A stretch of DNA of 64,000 nt from Callorhinchus milii (lineage: Eukaryota), in NCBI RefSeq assembly GCF_018977255.1, contig NW_024704810.1, positions 62,001 to 126,000 on the forward strand. Direction: 5' to 3'. The translations under genes and the position numbers were made by a program. The notes beneath the pieces were generated by a model, which did not search any database, had not been told where the DNA came from, and saw nothing but the letters and a program-made list of their open reading frames with translations. Positions 62,310 to 64,000 of this stretch are shown here, one piece after another. The first letter of the stretch is position 1. Every line of letters starts with the position of its first letter.

Positions 62310-62642
62310 ATGGTTTGAGGCTGGTGAATGGCGGCAGCCCGTGTGCCGGGAGAGTGGAGGTTCACCACGATGGACAGTGGGGCACAGTGGATGGCCTTGG
62401 CTTTGGTGACTATGGTTGGGATATGGCGGACGCGGCTGTGGTGTGTAAGGAGTTGGGCTGTGGGGCCGCGCTGTCAGCATCAGGAGACGCTCACTTTGGC
62501 GAAGGCTCAGGTCCCGTTGTGACGTACAATGTTCGGTGCAGAGGGAGTGAGTCAACTCTGAGGGGCTGTCAGTCACAGCCCTGGAAGGACTATTCAGTGT
62601 ACGGGTACTCACACTCCTTTGATGCCGGCGTCATCTGTTCAG
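62310..62642 (+). CDS. SRCR domain exon (paralogue of exon 2; 333 nt, intact)
   Basis: ttggcag| GLRLVNGGSPC..DAGVICS |gtaaat. Confidence 0.93.
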
Positions 62643-62849
62643 GTAAATAATTCAGTCTTCGATCATTTTTCTTTTCTCATGTTTTCCGTAAACTACGGAT
62701 CGAGAAGCATGGTGAAAGATTGTATCCCACAATATCTTAGTTTATTATTAAATCGGAGTGGAGAGGTTGCGCTCATAGCCCTGCGATCAATTTTCCAAAT
62801 CCAATTCCAATGATGCCGACGTCATTTGCTCAGTTAAATTAGTGTGTGT

Positions 62850-63710
62850 CTGAGAATAACCACGTGCTCGCGGTGTGTGCGAGTTGTGAGCAATGGGTGG
62901 ATGGGGAGGTGAGCACAGGGGTTGAGCATTGAGGGTGAGCACAAGCGAGTGCGTGTAGTGGAAATGCGTACAGGATGGGTGAGCACAGGGAGGCTGAGCA
63001 CAGTGGGTGAAAAATGGCAGGAGCACAGGTTGTGAGCACAAGGGGATTGAGAAAATGGAGGGTAACACATTGGTTGAGAACAAGTGTACCGAGCAAAGGG
63101 GGATTTAGCACATTGGATGGGAATGAGCACAGAGCAAGTCTGCTGAGCACAGGGGATTTTGGTGTTTAGCACGTGGGGACAACAGGGGGGGTTGAGGACG
63201 ATGACGTGTGTACTGTGAGCTGAACAGAGTAGGGGATGAGCACAGAGCCGGTGGTGATCACGGTGGTTTGGTTAAACGAGTGGGGTAAGATGGAAGCGGT
63301 TCTGGGGATAGCACAAAGAGAGATTGTGCCCAAAGCTGCTGAGAACCGAAGTTTTGAGGTCAAGGGACTGAGCACAACGTGGAGCACATGAAGTTATCAG
63401 GATGGAGGGAGCAGAAGGAGGGAGCGCACGTGATGAGCACAGGGCTTGACAACAGGTGCTGAGCAAATGTAGAGGATGATAACAGTATTGAAGAGCACAG
63501 TTGTTCACGAGCAAAATGCTGGGTGGAGCACATGGGGAGCACGGGGGTGGTACGAATATACGGGGAACACCTGCGGTTTGTGCATTCGCGTGGAGTATGG
63601 GGTAAGTATGGGTGGGAGCACAGAGCTGTAAGCCGATGGGTGTGTAAACAGGTTGGGTGAGCAAAGGGTTGTTGTGCACGGAATGAGTAAGGACACAAGA
63701 GGTTAGAGCA
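62850..63710 (+). repeat. G-rich TGAGCACA array (copy 2)
   Basis: Paralogue of 45310-46170. Confidence 0.85.
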
Positions 63711-64000
63711 AAAGGGAGTGGAGGCCGTGTGCTCTGGGGGAGGTTGTGGACGCTGGGGAGGCTGTACCTTGGTCGGCAGCTGTGCTCTGGGGCAGAAGCT
63801 GTTTCCGGGAGATGCCTGCTTCTGTGTGGGTTTGTGGCAGTGTGGTACTGTGCCCTGGGGATGGTCTGTGACTGGTAGCGGGCTGTACCTTTGGAGTTCG
63901 GCTGTCCATCCATCTCGCTGTGTCGGGTTGTGTGCTCTGTGGAGGAACTGTCATCTGAGGTATCTCTGTACTCTGGGTGAGTGGCTGTTCCTGTGGGGGC

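Larger units (their letters stand above)
51143..64000 (+). repeat. Segmental duplication, copy 2 (runs off the window; 64000 corresponds to ~46450)
   Basis: Begins ggtaatgtgagagatacacagg, matching 33706, ~70 nt after an N gap. Confidence 0.93.

Noticed and set aside
42892-63954. Minus-strand P/T/S/Q-rich mucin-like ORFs in the SRCR introns (e.g. 42892-43698, 45959-46462, 46563-47174, 60539-61033, 63272-63913)
   Set aside because: They lie on the C-rich strand of degenerate repeats, where stops are rare. Reading frames and ends are not preserved between paralogous copies, and no consistent splice sites were seen.

Overview
Vertebrate genomic DNA, most likely from a cartilaginous fish (inferred from the tRNA-head/Deu-like-core SINEs with L2 tails and the CR1 3' fragments). 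(1) 0.7-18.3 kb: eight apparently intact T-cell receptor alpha/delta-type V gene segments on the minus strand. Each has a leader exon, a V exon and a 23-bp-spacer RSS; they fall into four subgroups in the order A-B-A-C-A-D-B-A. One orphan RSS is also present. No D, J or C segments were recognised, so they must lie left of the window. (2) 18.5-33 kb: the region distal to the last V. It holds a decayed L2 LINE, an array with a conserved core motif, a ~6.6 kb 18-bp satellite, and a promoter-like hub (a ~170-bp GC-box/CCAAT repeat, a CpG-rich core and a 9 x 47-bp motif array). (3) 33.7-64 kb: a ~17.5 kb tandem duplication carrying a plus-strand multi-SRCR gene, head-to-head with the TCR V cluster, with 5 SRCR exons visible. 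All five SRCR domains lack the C2-C7 cysteine pair and have variable Tyr/Gly/Ser/Trp-rich loops at those positions. Each SRCR exon is followed by a G-rich array dense in AGCA (WGCW) motifs. There are three N gaps, and many one-base homopolymer differences between the duplicate copies, so some frameshifts may be sequencing errors. All coordinates and counts come from manual reading; no searches were run.
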